From Trichoplax adhaerens (lineage: Eukaryota > Animalia > Placozoa): 64,000 nt of DNA. Positions 26,801 through 39,401 of the stretch are shown one piece after another. Below the pieces are notes generated by a model. It searched no databases. It was not told the DNA's origin and worked only from the letters and a program-made list of their open reading frames with translations. The stretch is from NCBI RefSeq assembly GCF_000150275.1, contig NW_002060969.1, positions 62,001 to 126,000 of the forward strand, given 5' to 3'. Made by a program: the position numbers and the translations under genes. Every line of letters starts with the position of its first letter. Position 1 is the stretch's first letter.

Positions 26801-28541
26801 AGATGGAAGCGACCGTATGCTCAAGGTTAACTATGGTAGCGCAATGTTTGCAGGAAATCATAGAATCAGCTATTCCGACAAAGACATGCACTGAATGTTC
26901 CGTTAAAGTAAGGGCTTCGTTAATCCATTGCTGCGTGTTCAGTGTTCAGTTTATACTTTACCCTCACATCAATAGTAGCGCTTAGTAAGCAAATTGATAC
27001 TTTGAAATGCATCTTAATCTCCAAATAGTATTGCTTGCGTTACGAATGTATGAGTTGCAAACCCGTACAGGACCAAAATCGAAAGTTTATTTAGAATATA
27101 TTCTATTTCGAAATTCACGATCTCTCTTTTAGGGTGTGACGCGATTGTATACCAGTATGACCTTCCTTGTCAAGCATGTAAGTATTCTTCAGTTTCGGCT
27201 GGATAGATTAGTAATCTTCAGCTGTTCTAGTGATAGATTACTCAACAATGAAATGTTAATACTATATTATTAATTTAATCCCGTAGTATATGCAGTTATT
27301 TATGCGAAGACGTGTCACTGTCTCTGAAAGATTCGAAAATTTGGTAATAGTAAAACAAATACTAAAATATTATAGTTTTTAATCATAAACATTTTCATCA
27401 TCTTATTAACTTAAATTGCAGGTAAAACTGTCTGGATTGCAAGTAACACCTAAGGTTTATGCAATGCTTACATATCTTCAGGTGGATACTTTGGTACATT
27501 TACCTATTTCCATTGGTACATAAATCACTTAAAAATCTTTCTTTACAATATATATCAATAAGGCAAATCGTGCCATAATTGAAGATACAGATGATAATCG
27601 AATTAGGAAGAAACGGAAGGGGAAGAGCAATAGTTCCTCCACAACTCGCGGAAATGTAACCAATTTAATACGCCTTACTATCTTACAGCTTTTGTTCGAA
27701 AATTTTTCATACATGATTTAAAATATTATCTAGGCTATTTCTTTCGTGATTTGATGTAATGATATTCATTGCAGGCAGTACGAGAATCACGTGTTATTCC
27801 GAATTTAATTTATGCTATTGAAATGTACGAAGCTCATCTCATTCGTTTGGAGGCGAAATTGCAAGTGAGGTTTTTGCTCAATTTTATACTAAAGCACCGA
27901 AAATGGAATATCCTACAGTTTGGTGCAACATTAGCATATTATTATTATTATATGCTGTATATCAATAAACTGATTATTCTGTATTTATAGTTAATTATTG
28001 TGGTAGCATGATGCTTACAGTAAAATTACCAGTACGGTAATAATTATTAAAAGTATTTTTTTTACGGTGATTATGTAGTTACTATTACTGCAGTACTGCT
28101 AGAGTACTAAGGTGCTTCTAAGATAGCAAACTTCTTGCATCACATTCATTGGCTTGTTGATTTATATGACTTTGTTAGGTAAACCTGATGCAATATTTCA
28201 AGCGGAGTACATCTCGCGACTTTAAAATTCATGGAGCTACCTTACAGACTATAATCGACGATGATAGTGACGACTCATATGAAGTTCCAATGGAAGTCAG
28301 TTCTCACAGTCTCTAATATGTAATAATAGGATGAATTTATTACGTTAAGATACTGAACAACTGTAGCGTTTGATGAAACGATATAGCGTATAAGCGATCC
28401 AAAGTCTGATCTTTTTCTAGATTATATTTAATATTTAAGGGTTGTTTACACTTTTTAATCAAATTCTAATTTTACGGCTATCGTTTCTACCATTTTATGA
28501 AGGTATCAGAAAAGAATCGACCAAGAAAGAAGTTAAAATAG
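17893..28541 (+). CDS. FANCI: Fanconi anemia group I protein, dozens of short exons
   Basis: ELPPLVYQLLL, EGTVILHMTYAIKQDQDLGKELIKYFK, ubiquitination-site region LFKAVFSRSIEARK (Lys codon 22754-22756), DIHGQLGDVE, IPNLIYAIEMYE, FKRSTSRDFKI, basic C-terminus RPRKKLK*. Start codon less certain. Confidence 0.95.
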
Positions 28542-30146
28542 AAGACTTGAGTGATCTGCTACCCGGATAGTTTCGAAATGATCAGATTTTCATGTCCTTT
28601 TAAATCATAACTAGAAGTAAAGTCCATGCATACTAATCAAGAAAATTACGCTATTTTCGTTTCTAATCTAGTATAATTATATAATTCAGCAATTATCCTT
28701 CAATTACTTCATGTTTGTAACGGCTTTGGATATTTACTTATAAACCGTGTAATGTGACGGTGGAAATTACTAAATTGGCCCAAATACAAGCACAATAATA
28801 CTGTACGTATGATTATAATGGGTTACATGGTTAAGTAGGTAAATCACTAGAGCTACGCGGTGTATTCTGGATTCAGTCGAAATTTATTTAATTAAGTTAA
28901 TGACATCGTTACGTTTTGTGACGTTCATGTTTGTCACTTCAAGCGTTACTATAAATTTCTTTGAGAAAAAGTTTTCGTATTTACATGTGCTCGTATGAGA
29001 ATAGAATAAAATAGCCTAATGATGTTGTTTTCAATATTTCTTATCAGCATAGTTCCTTTTTTTTTTAAAGTTTTATGATCGCTAGATTAAACTATTTGAT
29101 ATTGGTGAATTTTTATGTAAGGTAGGATTTTATCATCCGTTTTCATTCAGTATACACTACAGCTGTATCACCAATATACTGTACATTTCAATGTACATTA
29201 CAGTTCGTATTTCAATTTTTGTTGATACAATTAAAAAGAATTAGTTTTTTCATACTGATATAAATTTTATTTTACGCCACTACAATAAAGCCTTGCATCG
29301 TCATTACCTAGATCGTAGTTTTTAGCTTATTCTGATCCAGTCCTTGGGAATCTACATTATTACGCGGTAGGTTTAGTCCGATTTGTCAAGGTTCGGAGTA
29401 TACATTTTCCGATATTTAGCATACCATACGAACTGCATAGTAGCTACGGAGTGTATACAAAACAGTATACCATGTGCAGGAGAAGGAATTCCGTAAATTG
29501 CGCGTCTTGCAAAGATCCATAAAGAAACATAAGTGACCTAAGCATCATGATATCACATTCACTAAGCCGTTGCGATGTGGAGTAATATACTGTCCAGTGC
29601 AGAGTACATTGCGTAGCCTATACGGCTGTATATCTATTTTTTTATGTGAACGCATAGACCTGATATGTAAATATTCCTCTTTTCCTTTAAGTAGTCTTTG
29701 ATAAATATCAGAGATTCTTTTTCCTTATTGTGATTGTAAACACGCGTAAAATCCAGCATCAAGAATCTCTACAACTATTTAAGTTCATATCATAAGCAAA
29801 ATTGCTACCAATATATCGTGAGTGAGCCAAGATAACACGTAAAACTTGAAGGTCATACTTCATGCCTATAATTTCCATTTAGCTGCAGTTTAGTATGTAG
29901 CCTCCTTAAACTGTCTTGTAATGAATTATTATGGACATGTTAGCTAGTCACTTCCGTCCTTCGTATAATACGAAGATTATTCATTCCAGAATTGTGCTAA
30001 AGAACTATGATGCAATAAAACGAAATAACTTAAAACTATTCCATTGCTAAAATTTCTGAGGCGGCGAAGACTATCCCGTAATAAAAATAAAAAATGATCA
30101 AAAGTTCATTACCAATATCGATCTTACAAGATGAACATTTTTTTTC

Positions 30147-30995
30147 TCAGATCCGATAAGGCGCTCTCATATCATTAATCGCAGTTTCAAATTCCTTTGT
30201 ACTAATCATTACCACGGAACAGTACTGAATCATTTCGTTAACGCTTGTGGAACTAATATCTTGCATCTTAACGTGATACGCTAGCTCGGCTTTATTAAAT
30301 AATAATTCACATTCGGGATAAGCAAACTCAAATCCTTTTGCATCTCGGTCATTAGCTGAAAAGGTTTTAAGTATCAAGAGATAATAGTCGAATTTCATAT
30401 TTTCTGTTTTTAAATCCTTCATAAGTGTATCGTATAAATTCAGTCCAATAGCCGGTGGAATATCTAGGAAGCGTTCACATAAAAGCATGTATACACTATA
30501 GGAGGATAGAATCTTATTCATCTTCAGCGATACTTCTTGATCGGAACAATTATTCAAGCACCAAACACGAATTTCATCAATAACATTCTCTCCGTTAGCC
30601 ATATTAAGAGCAGTTATGAACGCAAATATGTCTCTGTAATTTTCATCATCATTATCATCATCTCCCGATGAAATAACTACAGAACCAATATTTGCTTGAG
30701 ATGAGATTAACATAGCTAAATCGTTCGTGTCAAAGTTGCATCCTAAAAATAGGCTATCTAAAAAATTTTGTAATGCGTAACTATCAGTATCTTTTATACT
30801 ACATCCGCTGAATTCAACATTGACGTTGAATTCCGAATCAATACTGTCCGCGTTGCTATCTATCTCATGGCTTGTTTCACTATCACTTGAACTTGGTGAG
30901 CGAACTGACTCATCTTGTGACGAAGCATTTGAAGTGGAACTCTCGTCCTCTTCTGTACAAAGGCGGAATTTTTTGCACTTTGGCTGATCGGCCAT
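30147..30995 (-). CDS. BCCIP: BCCIP/Bcp1 family protein, single exon, 282 aa
   Basis: Acidic N-terminus, VNVEF, QANIGSVV, IFAFITALN, ERFLDIPPAI, FDYYLLI, FAYPECE motifs. Confidence 0.92.
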   Translation of the reverse strand: MADQPKCKKFRLCTEEDESSTSNASSQDESVRSPSSSDSETSHEIDSNADSIDSEFNVNVEFSGCSIKDTDSYALQNFLDSLFLGCNFDTNDLAMLISSQANIGSVVISSGDDDNDDENYRDIFAFITALNMANGENVIDEIRVWCLNNCSDQEVSLKMNKILSSYSVYMLLCERFLDIPPAIGLNLYDTLMKDLKTENMKFDYYLLILKTFSANDRDAKGFEFAYPECELLFNKAELAYHVKMQDISSTSVNEMIQYCSVVMISTKEFETAINDMRAPYRI

Positions 30996-31109
30996 TCTAG
31001 GACTTAAAATTTAATATTTTACTTTTGTACTGCACAATTTTCAAAAGCTTATTCGACACGGCCTCACTACTACAGTATCCACAGCAGCATGCAGAAGTGA
31101 CAATGAAGA

Positions 31110-31510
31110 TCACGGTACTGTACTGTTAAGATTGCTCTACTGTACAGTACTGTACTGTACAGTGTACACTACTGTACTGTACAGTACAGAATCACCCTGG
31201 GAAACGAATTTTGACATGTACTGTACAAAAAAAGACAAGCAGTACCGTAAGGTTTCTACAGTACTGTACAGTATATTGTACAGTACAGTACTGTACGTAA
31301 TGTACAGTACATACGGTACAATGTACAGTACACGGTATACAGTACAGTACTGTTTGGTATCGCGCGCGGTATGATTTTTATGATTTCTTGGTCCACGATG
31401 GTCAGCTCCAGTCCGAAGAATAGGTAGTGTTCCGTTTGACAATCAGTAAGTAAATCACGCAGCATCACGAGTAGCTCGGATCATAATACTGTACTGTACA
31501 GTGTACCGTA
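31110..31510. repeat. (TACWG)n tract in the BCCIP/NOC3L divergent promoter
   Basis: Dense mixed pentamers between two head-to-head start codons about 700 bp apart. Confidence 0.95.
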
Positions 31511-31697
31511 AGACAGCGCAATCATTATACTATAGTACTATATTATTTCTACTGCCGCATTAGTATGAGCAGCAGCTAAAGCGATACAGTTTATTCTGAT
31601 ATCTCGTGCAGTGTTTTATTGTATGAACAAGAACAACATCTTCCAGAAAGACTACTAATTTGAACTGTATTCTACAATACTGTAGAAGAAGATAATA

Positions 31698-34600
31698 ATG
31701 AGCAATCATTTCACCGTTGAAGCATCTAATCAGTTGGGGTGCAGTAAAGAAATTGATCATAACTCCAGAGAAGGAAAGAACAATTATAATCATAGCAATG
31801 CCTCAAAATTTAAAAATTATCGGAAACGAAAAATGCATGAAGTTGAAGAGAGTCATGTACGCTACTTGTTACCAATTAAACGTCACGGGAAAGTTATCCA
31901 ACAGAGGGCTGTAATAAAGGGCGTAAAGGAAAGATTTTCGGGTACGTATTAATGTTAATAACTTGATACGCATTACTTTCTGAGTAAATTGCTTTTGCAG
32001 ATCCTATACATCAAATCAGTCGTATAGTATTCCAGCACAGTACTGTATCGCAATCATCTCGGATGAACTTATTTAACGTGATTTACATTCCCTTAATCGG
32101 TCAAGGCTAAATGTTTTACTACAGTATACTAATTTTAAATTGTAGATTCTGGAGAGAAGGGTACCGTTGGTAAAATGGAAAGCAGAGGTAATATTAAATG
32201 TAACTTAAAAATTACGCATAAACAGTAAATATATGAACTAATTTCGATTCTCTGAGATGCGATGATACGAGTATATAATTATGTATTGTTAAGTGCAGTC
32301 CAACATGATGATAAAGTTTAAAGTACTGCATGATATAATTCTAGAAATAGACGCTCCCAACGAACATACGGAAGAAGACGTTGATTGCATTGCTCAGCTG
32401 TACGTAAGAAGACAGCAAAAACTATCTCAGAAAAAAAATACTATAGCTCAATTCGCCTGTGCAATAATAGAGAACCCTGAACAAAACGTAAGGCTATACA
32501 TTTATAGCATAATGTATAGAATGGGATGGAAAATTGTGAGACTTTGTTTCAGCTAGCTTCGTCTTGTATCTTAACGTTTAGCTTGATTCCTTAGAAGTGT
32601 TAAGAAAGATGTGCAAGGAAGACGATACTGATATTACTGTTACCATTCGAAAGTTAGCGATGGTTTCGACAACTGAAGTATTTAAAGATATTGTACCTAG
32701 GTCAATATGTTGGTTCCAATTACTGATTAATTATATTAAAGTACTAATCTAGTTGTACACTTTACAGTAGCTATAGTAATTGGAATATGAGTACTGAGCA
32801 CTACACGATATCCTTTTTTATTGAGATAATATCACTACCTTGCGTTTCCTAAATGAACTGATCTTTTAAGAATCATAAATCTTTTACAGCTATCGTATTC
32901 GAGTTTCGTCTGAAAAGGAGCAGATAACTCGGGTACGTAGTACGGTATTATGACGAAGATAAAATCCTACAATATAACACATTATGGAAACTATGTAATA
33001 TCTCTACATGCAACCTACCTGTACAGTGAAATAGACATCATTGTTAATATGTTTCATATAAGATTTCTAAAGATGTAAAAAGACTAAGATTCTATGAAAC
33101 TAGATTATTAAAAAACTACCAACAATTTCTTAGTACCCTGGAAGGATTTGTAACAGGTAAAATACAGCATCCTAAGATTGTAATGTATACGTTTCACCAA
33201 CGAACACTTTTCATGAATAATTAATTAGATTATAAGCCAGAAGGAAAAAGTTTTGATGTAAAATCTCAGATCGAATCCTCATTTTTATCGATGGAAAAGG
33301 TAAGAAGTTTGCTTAAGAGTTTATAGTAACACCTGGATCGTTAGTAATGTGAGATTACTTATGGGGTATTTACAGACACTGGCCACAACTGCAGCTCGCT
33401 GTTTATGTAATCTGCTCTTATCGTTGAGTCATTTTAATTTTCGTTCAAATATTTTAACAATCGTTATTCAGATGGTAAACTCTAATGATTTGGATGTAAG
33501 TTAAATGATCGAACGATAATATTTAATTCTTCTTACTGATCTCGGAAAGTGTACATGATCAGTATCGCTAAGGTTGAAATACTAATGATTCGTAATTTAA
33601 TATGATGTAGATCTCTAAATGCAGTTACGATGCCTTAAATGCGCTATATAAAAACGATGTGCAAGGAGAAATATCATTAGAGGTGCATACGAATGTAATT
33701 GACCCACTGTATACTCAGTTGGTACAGTGCAACATACCATCACAATTTATCTTATTTGCTCTAGCTTCAAACATTAAAACATAGGGCGTTAGAGTTACAT
33801 CGAAAATGGTGAAATCTAAAAATTTTAACATAAAGGAAAAGGTAGATTTGATCGCTTATCTTGCAAAGCCTTGGTAATTAATTTTAGAATTAAAACTTAG
33901 ATTCGATGAACTAGGTACTGGACACTTTCTTGTTTCTGCGTTTCTCGCATGAACGACTGCATAAGTATACAGTTGAGGAAGTTAGCGTTAAGGAAAAACG
34001 GGTTATACGTAAGCATGAAAAAAGGCAAAATTTTAGAAAAGAACGCAAGGTTTTTATGGCTTCATACCGAAATTTCTATGAGACTATGATACTAAATTCA
34101 ATATCATTTCATTTGTTTCTGTATCAGCTACGAAGTGATGCTAGAAAACTGCAGCAAGACTTATTTGCGGTTGAGGGAGGCGAGGATGAAGAAAAACGAG
34201 CTAAGATTGTATGTTTATCCGTATAGATCTTATTCCTTATAAAGACGAGATTTTGTAATTCAAGATAAAAGTTTGAATTGCTTAATATAAAATGATTGGC
34301 TCTGGATGTGATTATTCGACATCCGTTTCCACCTTGCTAAACTTACTTTTCTTTGTTAATTAAACATTTATATCAGGAAACTGAAATTCTCGGTTGCATG
34401 TTTTCAATATACTTTCAAGTACTGAAATCCGATTCAAAATTGAAACTGTTGTTGTCGGTGCTAAAAGGCATTGCAAAGTAAGTCTCTTTGATTGAATTCT
34501 GATGTAATAAATCATATTTCGATGACATTACCTAATTACTTTCAGATTCGCCCACTTGATAAGTATAGATTACTTTGAGGATTTAATGACACTTCTAGGA

Positions 34601-36161
34601 CACCTGCTTGACACTCAGGTTAAGGAATAAAGATTGTAATACTTTATCTCTGATCTGTTACTCTAACGCTAGAATAAGCTCTCGTACTAACAGTTATAAT
34701 ACATGAAAGCAGACCTTGAACAAAAATCAACAAATCGCCTGCGTTCTAACTGCTTTTAAGATTTTAACTGGGAGAGGTTTGACTTATTAACCTTTCATTT
34801 CATATCAAATTACAATCAATTACAGCTAATGATCTACTTTTCTCAGGAGAAGCTCTAAGCATTGATCCGCGTCGTTTTTATGGAAGCATGTATAATATCC
34901 TCTTGAAATTACCCTTAAATGGTATAATTAATAATTTATAGTAATGCACGTATGAGGAAATTCTTTTCGTCGGCCTATTTAAATATCATAATGATAACTT
35001 TGGTATGTTCAAATGTTTGTTTTAACGTGGGAAATGTCCTATTGGATTTACCATAAAGGTTACAAGAATGATTTCTTATTGCTTATCGAGTGTTTGGAAT
35101 TGATGTTATGTAGGAAACGGAACCAGGTTGGCGAAATAAAAGAGGAGTTATTATGATCTTTAGTCCTTTAAGTTAAAACTGTAAATATCTGATAGTTAAT
35201 TTAGGAATATGACCTATTTATTATAGGTAACTGTTCAAAGATTATTTGCTTACATTAAAAGACTTTGTACTACATCTTTGTTACTGTTTCCAAACGAAGC
35301 TATACCTTTACAATCTTTAATTGGAACTCTATTGCAGGTAATTCTTATATTGATGTCATCGAAGGTACCATGAACACTTTTTAATTACAGTTATTATACT
35401 TGAAGTTTATATTTCTTTCTTTTGGAAAGATTCATCCTAAAACCGAACAGCTATTAGAAAGTGATGGTACAACTTGGAAATTATTTCTCCCTCATGTTGA
35501 AAAATGGGAGCCTTGCGATGCAAATATTACAGTTTTATGGGAATTAGCCCTGCTGAAAGTAGTTTCTACTTTGAACCTTTTTGTGAATTATTGAAATATT
35601 TACTATTTTATGATCATTATTTGTTGTAGGTCCATTACCATCCAACTTTATCTACTTACTCAAGATATTTATCTCGTGGTGCTTCGTTAATTGGGCAAGA
35701 TAGCTCGGATCAGTCATTGTCACGCAAGTAAGCAAAAGAATATTTCTCTTTTTAACCAATATACAGTAATTATATTATCTACTGTTAGCTGCAATCGATC
35801 GCTAAGAAATTATTCCCACACCAAAGGCGTGATCTTTTAATTTCAATCATGGAAATGAATAATACTTTAATATTCATTTTCGATTTTGTAGTAATCCAGT
35901 TTTACTTTATGAAATGTTTAACAATCGTGGATATCATCCTACATTTCCGAAGGAGAAGAGATGTCATTTCAAGAAGGTACCATCACAACACTTTTCTCCA
36001 ATGTGATTCCTCGTAGCTTTCTGTAATTGATTAAAACACTTAACACTATTTCTATTTTATAGGAATATCAGGATTCCAATGTTACATTTGATGGGATTCA
36101 ATACACTCAAACAGATTTGTTAAAGCTGTTGAATAATATCTACGATGACGAATCGATGTAA
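31698..36161 (+). CDS. NOC3L: Nucleolar complex protein 3 homolog, multi-exon (start codon uncertain)
   Basis: YLLPIK, IIENPEQN, EVFKDIVPSYRIR, SHFNFRSNIL, YFQVLK, GIAKFAHLISIDYF, LSIDPRRFY, HYHP. Last exon ends IYDDESM* at 36161. Confidence 0.93.
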
Positions 36162-37175
36162 CCCCATAGAATGTTTCTGTTAGATTTATTCATTACTTTT
36201 AATAAATAAAAAAACAAGCGGACAACTTTAACTCTGTTTAGAAAATACTAACTGCTTTCTTTATTCAGCTTACGCGTTTCGAAACGGACGTAATTAATCA
36301 AATATTTCAGATATATTTATGCTTCGGAATCTTAGCCAGCAATTCCTTGCGTCTTTACTTTTAGTAATCAAACCCGCCCTAGCCATACTTCGCGTACTGT
36401 ACTGTACCGTACAGTGTGTATGTATGGTACTTGCACTTTTGACTTTATATGTTATCACTAACTGGATAGTGGTCTATTCACTTTCTTGATTCCAAAATTT
36501 AGCTTCAATAAATAGTTGACGCATACAGTCTACTCTAAAAGTGAAGCCGTAATGTAACAGTTAATTCTTCATTGGTATAATCAATAAGAGAAGGAAAATT
36601 ACGCATCTGGTTGGACCTTGTTTATTAGATAAGCTACGGACAGTTGTGCTAGTGCATTTAAACTTAATTCGATATGTAACGAATTTAAAGATTCAATAAT
36701 ATTCGATGATTTTAACATCAAGACTGCAGTAAGTACAGTACAATGTAACGGCCACAGTTTTTTATCTGTTTATTAATTCATAGGTTAATAGCCAGTTCAA
36801 ACGACAGAGCAATAACAACATGATACTAATTATTATTTATTAATTATATATATATATTATAATTATCGGCTGTACGTGTACTACAGTCGAGTAGTAATAC
36901 GGCACTAAGAACATTTTAAATCAATATTTCTCGTAATCTGGTAATGTAAATAGTAACACTTTATTATCATTAAATAAGGAGAAAACTATTCGAAAGTATT
37001 TCGTATGATTTAAGATTTTTACTGATAACCACAGAGCGATACCTTGAAGATTGTGTCTTAAATATACAATTTTTCAAAGCTAATAAAGCAAACTTTTTAA
37101 TACAGAGATCCTTACACTATTATGATGTTTTCGTAGTAACACTTAACTTAGGTAACGTTGTAAAGTAGAAGGAAA

Positions 37176-38049
37176 TTAATCGAAGCCTTTCCAGTCACTT
37201 GAGTCTGAGTCATTATCACTTTCAATAACACCAATTTTATGTACTCCATCCTTTAAAGAAGGAGTACCTCTGCCTTTTCCCATTATTTGCGCTTTAATGA
37301 TAACAGTCAGGTATTCATTATCTAATAACTTGCTAACGTTATCAGATCTTGAAATCTTTTCTCCTTTGTAAATAATAAAGTGCTCCCTAAATAGACCTTC
37401 CTTGATTACAGCTAATTCAGCCCCAATTGTATAACATTTCTTAGCGGCATTATAAACAATATGAGAAACCTTAATGTAAATGTTTTGCATCGGAGGTATA
37501 ACTACATGTTCCCCTAATATGTCTAGTAAATGAAAGACGTAAAAAGTAGCTTAAAATGACTGTTACATTTTCTGAATTTTTAAAAGATAGCATCTAAAAA
37601 GGACGCCGTCTGTTACTGTCCTATTTTGAACTTATGAACTTACGTAACAAATTACGTGTATCGTATGTTTATTATATAGTTTCGTAATTTCAAACGGTTT
37701 CGATAATACCTGGAATATCAAATTCTATTCGGTATTTATGCAGGACCTTTAAGAAGCCAATATGAGCAAAAATTTGTGAGTTTCCCTTTGTAGTGATGTT
37801 AATGGTGGTGTCGTCAGAAATATTGCCAATAAATTGCACTCTGTGAACTGAAAACAAAGATTTACTGAATAGTGGAATAACTGTCCTTTGTGTGCCGTTT
37901 ACCGTACTGTACAGTATACCATAGTCAATATGCGGGTATATAGTGACAAAAAGTATAAATGATCGACACCCAGAGATGAAACCAGATAGCAAACTAAAGA
38001 TCTTGCTTAGAGTACAGTAAAGCAAAGTTTGGAGTCGATCAAACCCCAT
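37176..38049 (-). CDS. C20orf27: UPF0687 / C20orf27 (ADISSP) homolog, probably 3 exons; 5' end uncertain
   Basis: AHIGFLKVLHKYRIEF exon (about 37710-37847) and KEGLFREH...GTPSLKDGVHKIG...DSDSSDWKGFD*, matching the recalled C-terminus GTPMLLDGV...SDWHGFD. Confidence 0.85.
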
Positions 38050-38099
38050 ATGCACGCATTCCTTATATGAACGTACAGTAGAACAGTCCACATTAAAAA

Positions 38100-39350
38100 T
38101 ACAGAATACAGTACAAGAAGTCAGGAACTAACCGCCAACCACTCTACTCAGTTACCTTATTAATACTACGTACAGCCAATTCGATATGTCACACTGCCTG
38201 TCCAGTACAGTACAGTACAGTGCAGTGTACAGTAAAACATCACGTACTATACACAGTATGTGTTACAGCCTTTACTTTTTAGTGGTCTCTAACTAAAATG
38301 AGGATAAAGTAATTGCATGGTACTAGTACTGTACATACATATGTATGTGAAGCAGTGAAACAACATACTGTACTACAGTATAAATAACTGAGTTTCGCCA
38401 GTGCCTTACCAAGTACAGTATTACAGTAAAATCGTAACCGTTAGGAGTCCGGTCCAGTCCGGGATCACGTTCCTATTTTAGTGTACAGTAGAGCTGTATA
38501 GTATAATAATGTACAGTACAATGTAGATGTAGTGTAAAGTAAATTATGTTATGTTTTACATGCTCATACGTAACCTTCTGATTAGTATCCGTTTTAAGTT
38601 TGTCGTTTCAACTTTTCTACCTACCTTCGTCTTCTGCCATCAGTAAATATTAGGTAAATATTTTTAGAGGGTTATCAACGCGCTTTGACTTTTGAAAAAC
38701 TCCTTACTGTCAGAAACGTACTCAAATATTTAAGTATAATGAAAAGCACTTTTCAACAAGCTAACACATTGGAGTCAGTGGACAAGCGGACGTGAATCAA
38801 CAACCGCACCAACCGTCATACTGTACTGTAGTACAGACTGTACACTGTACAGTACGGTAGTGTAGTGTATTTATTTGTACTGTACAGTACAGTACTGTTC
38901 GTCGGTTCAAGTCACATTTTTTCAATTTTTTTTCCTATTTACAGTAATGTACTGTACTGTATTGTACTAACTGTACTGTACAGTACAGTACACCATACGA
39001 GAAAAGCAAAAGTTGTTTGAATCATTGCCTACCCCCTCTTATTATACTGTACTGTACAGTACAGTACACAGTACAGTACAGTACTGTATGCTAAAATCAG
39101 GGTACAGTACGTACTGTACTGTACTGTACAGTACAGTACTGTATGCCAAAAAAGTACAGTACTACTGTACTGTACAGTCCTAGCATACAGCAGAACTGTA
39201 CACTGTACAGTATCTCATCGGCATCCAACTAGAGGGGTCTTCATGATCCGGTCTGGTGGTAGCTGTATTGTATATTGTACAATACAGTACTCTACGTACC
39301 AGGGACTTCTAAGGGAGTTCTAGCAGTAATTACTCTTGTAGTACGGTAAC
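38100..39350. repeat. (TACWG)n tracts in the C20orf27/CNNM divergent promoter
   Basis: Dense mixed pentamers, strongest at 38815-39215. Confidence 0.95.
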
Positions 39351-39401
39351 GTTTTCGTACTAACTTACTGAGTTTCAAATTCCGTTGTTTGACCAATATA
39401 C

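Noticed and set aside
32806-32818. ATATCCTTT resembling a U12 5' splice site in NOC3L
   Set aside because: It lies inside a GT-AG intron (32701-32889) that already keeps frame.
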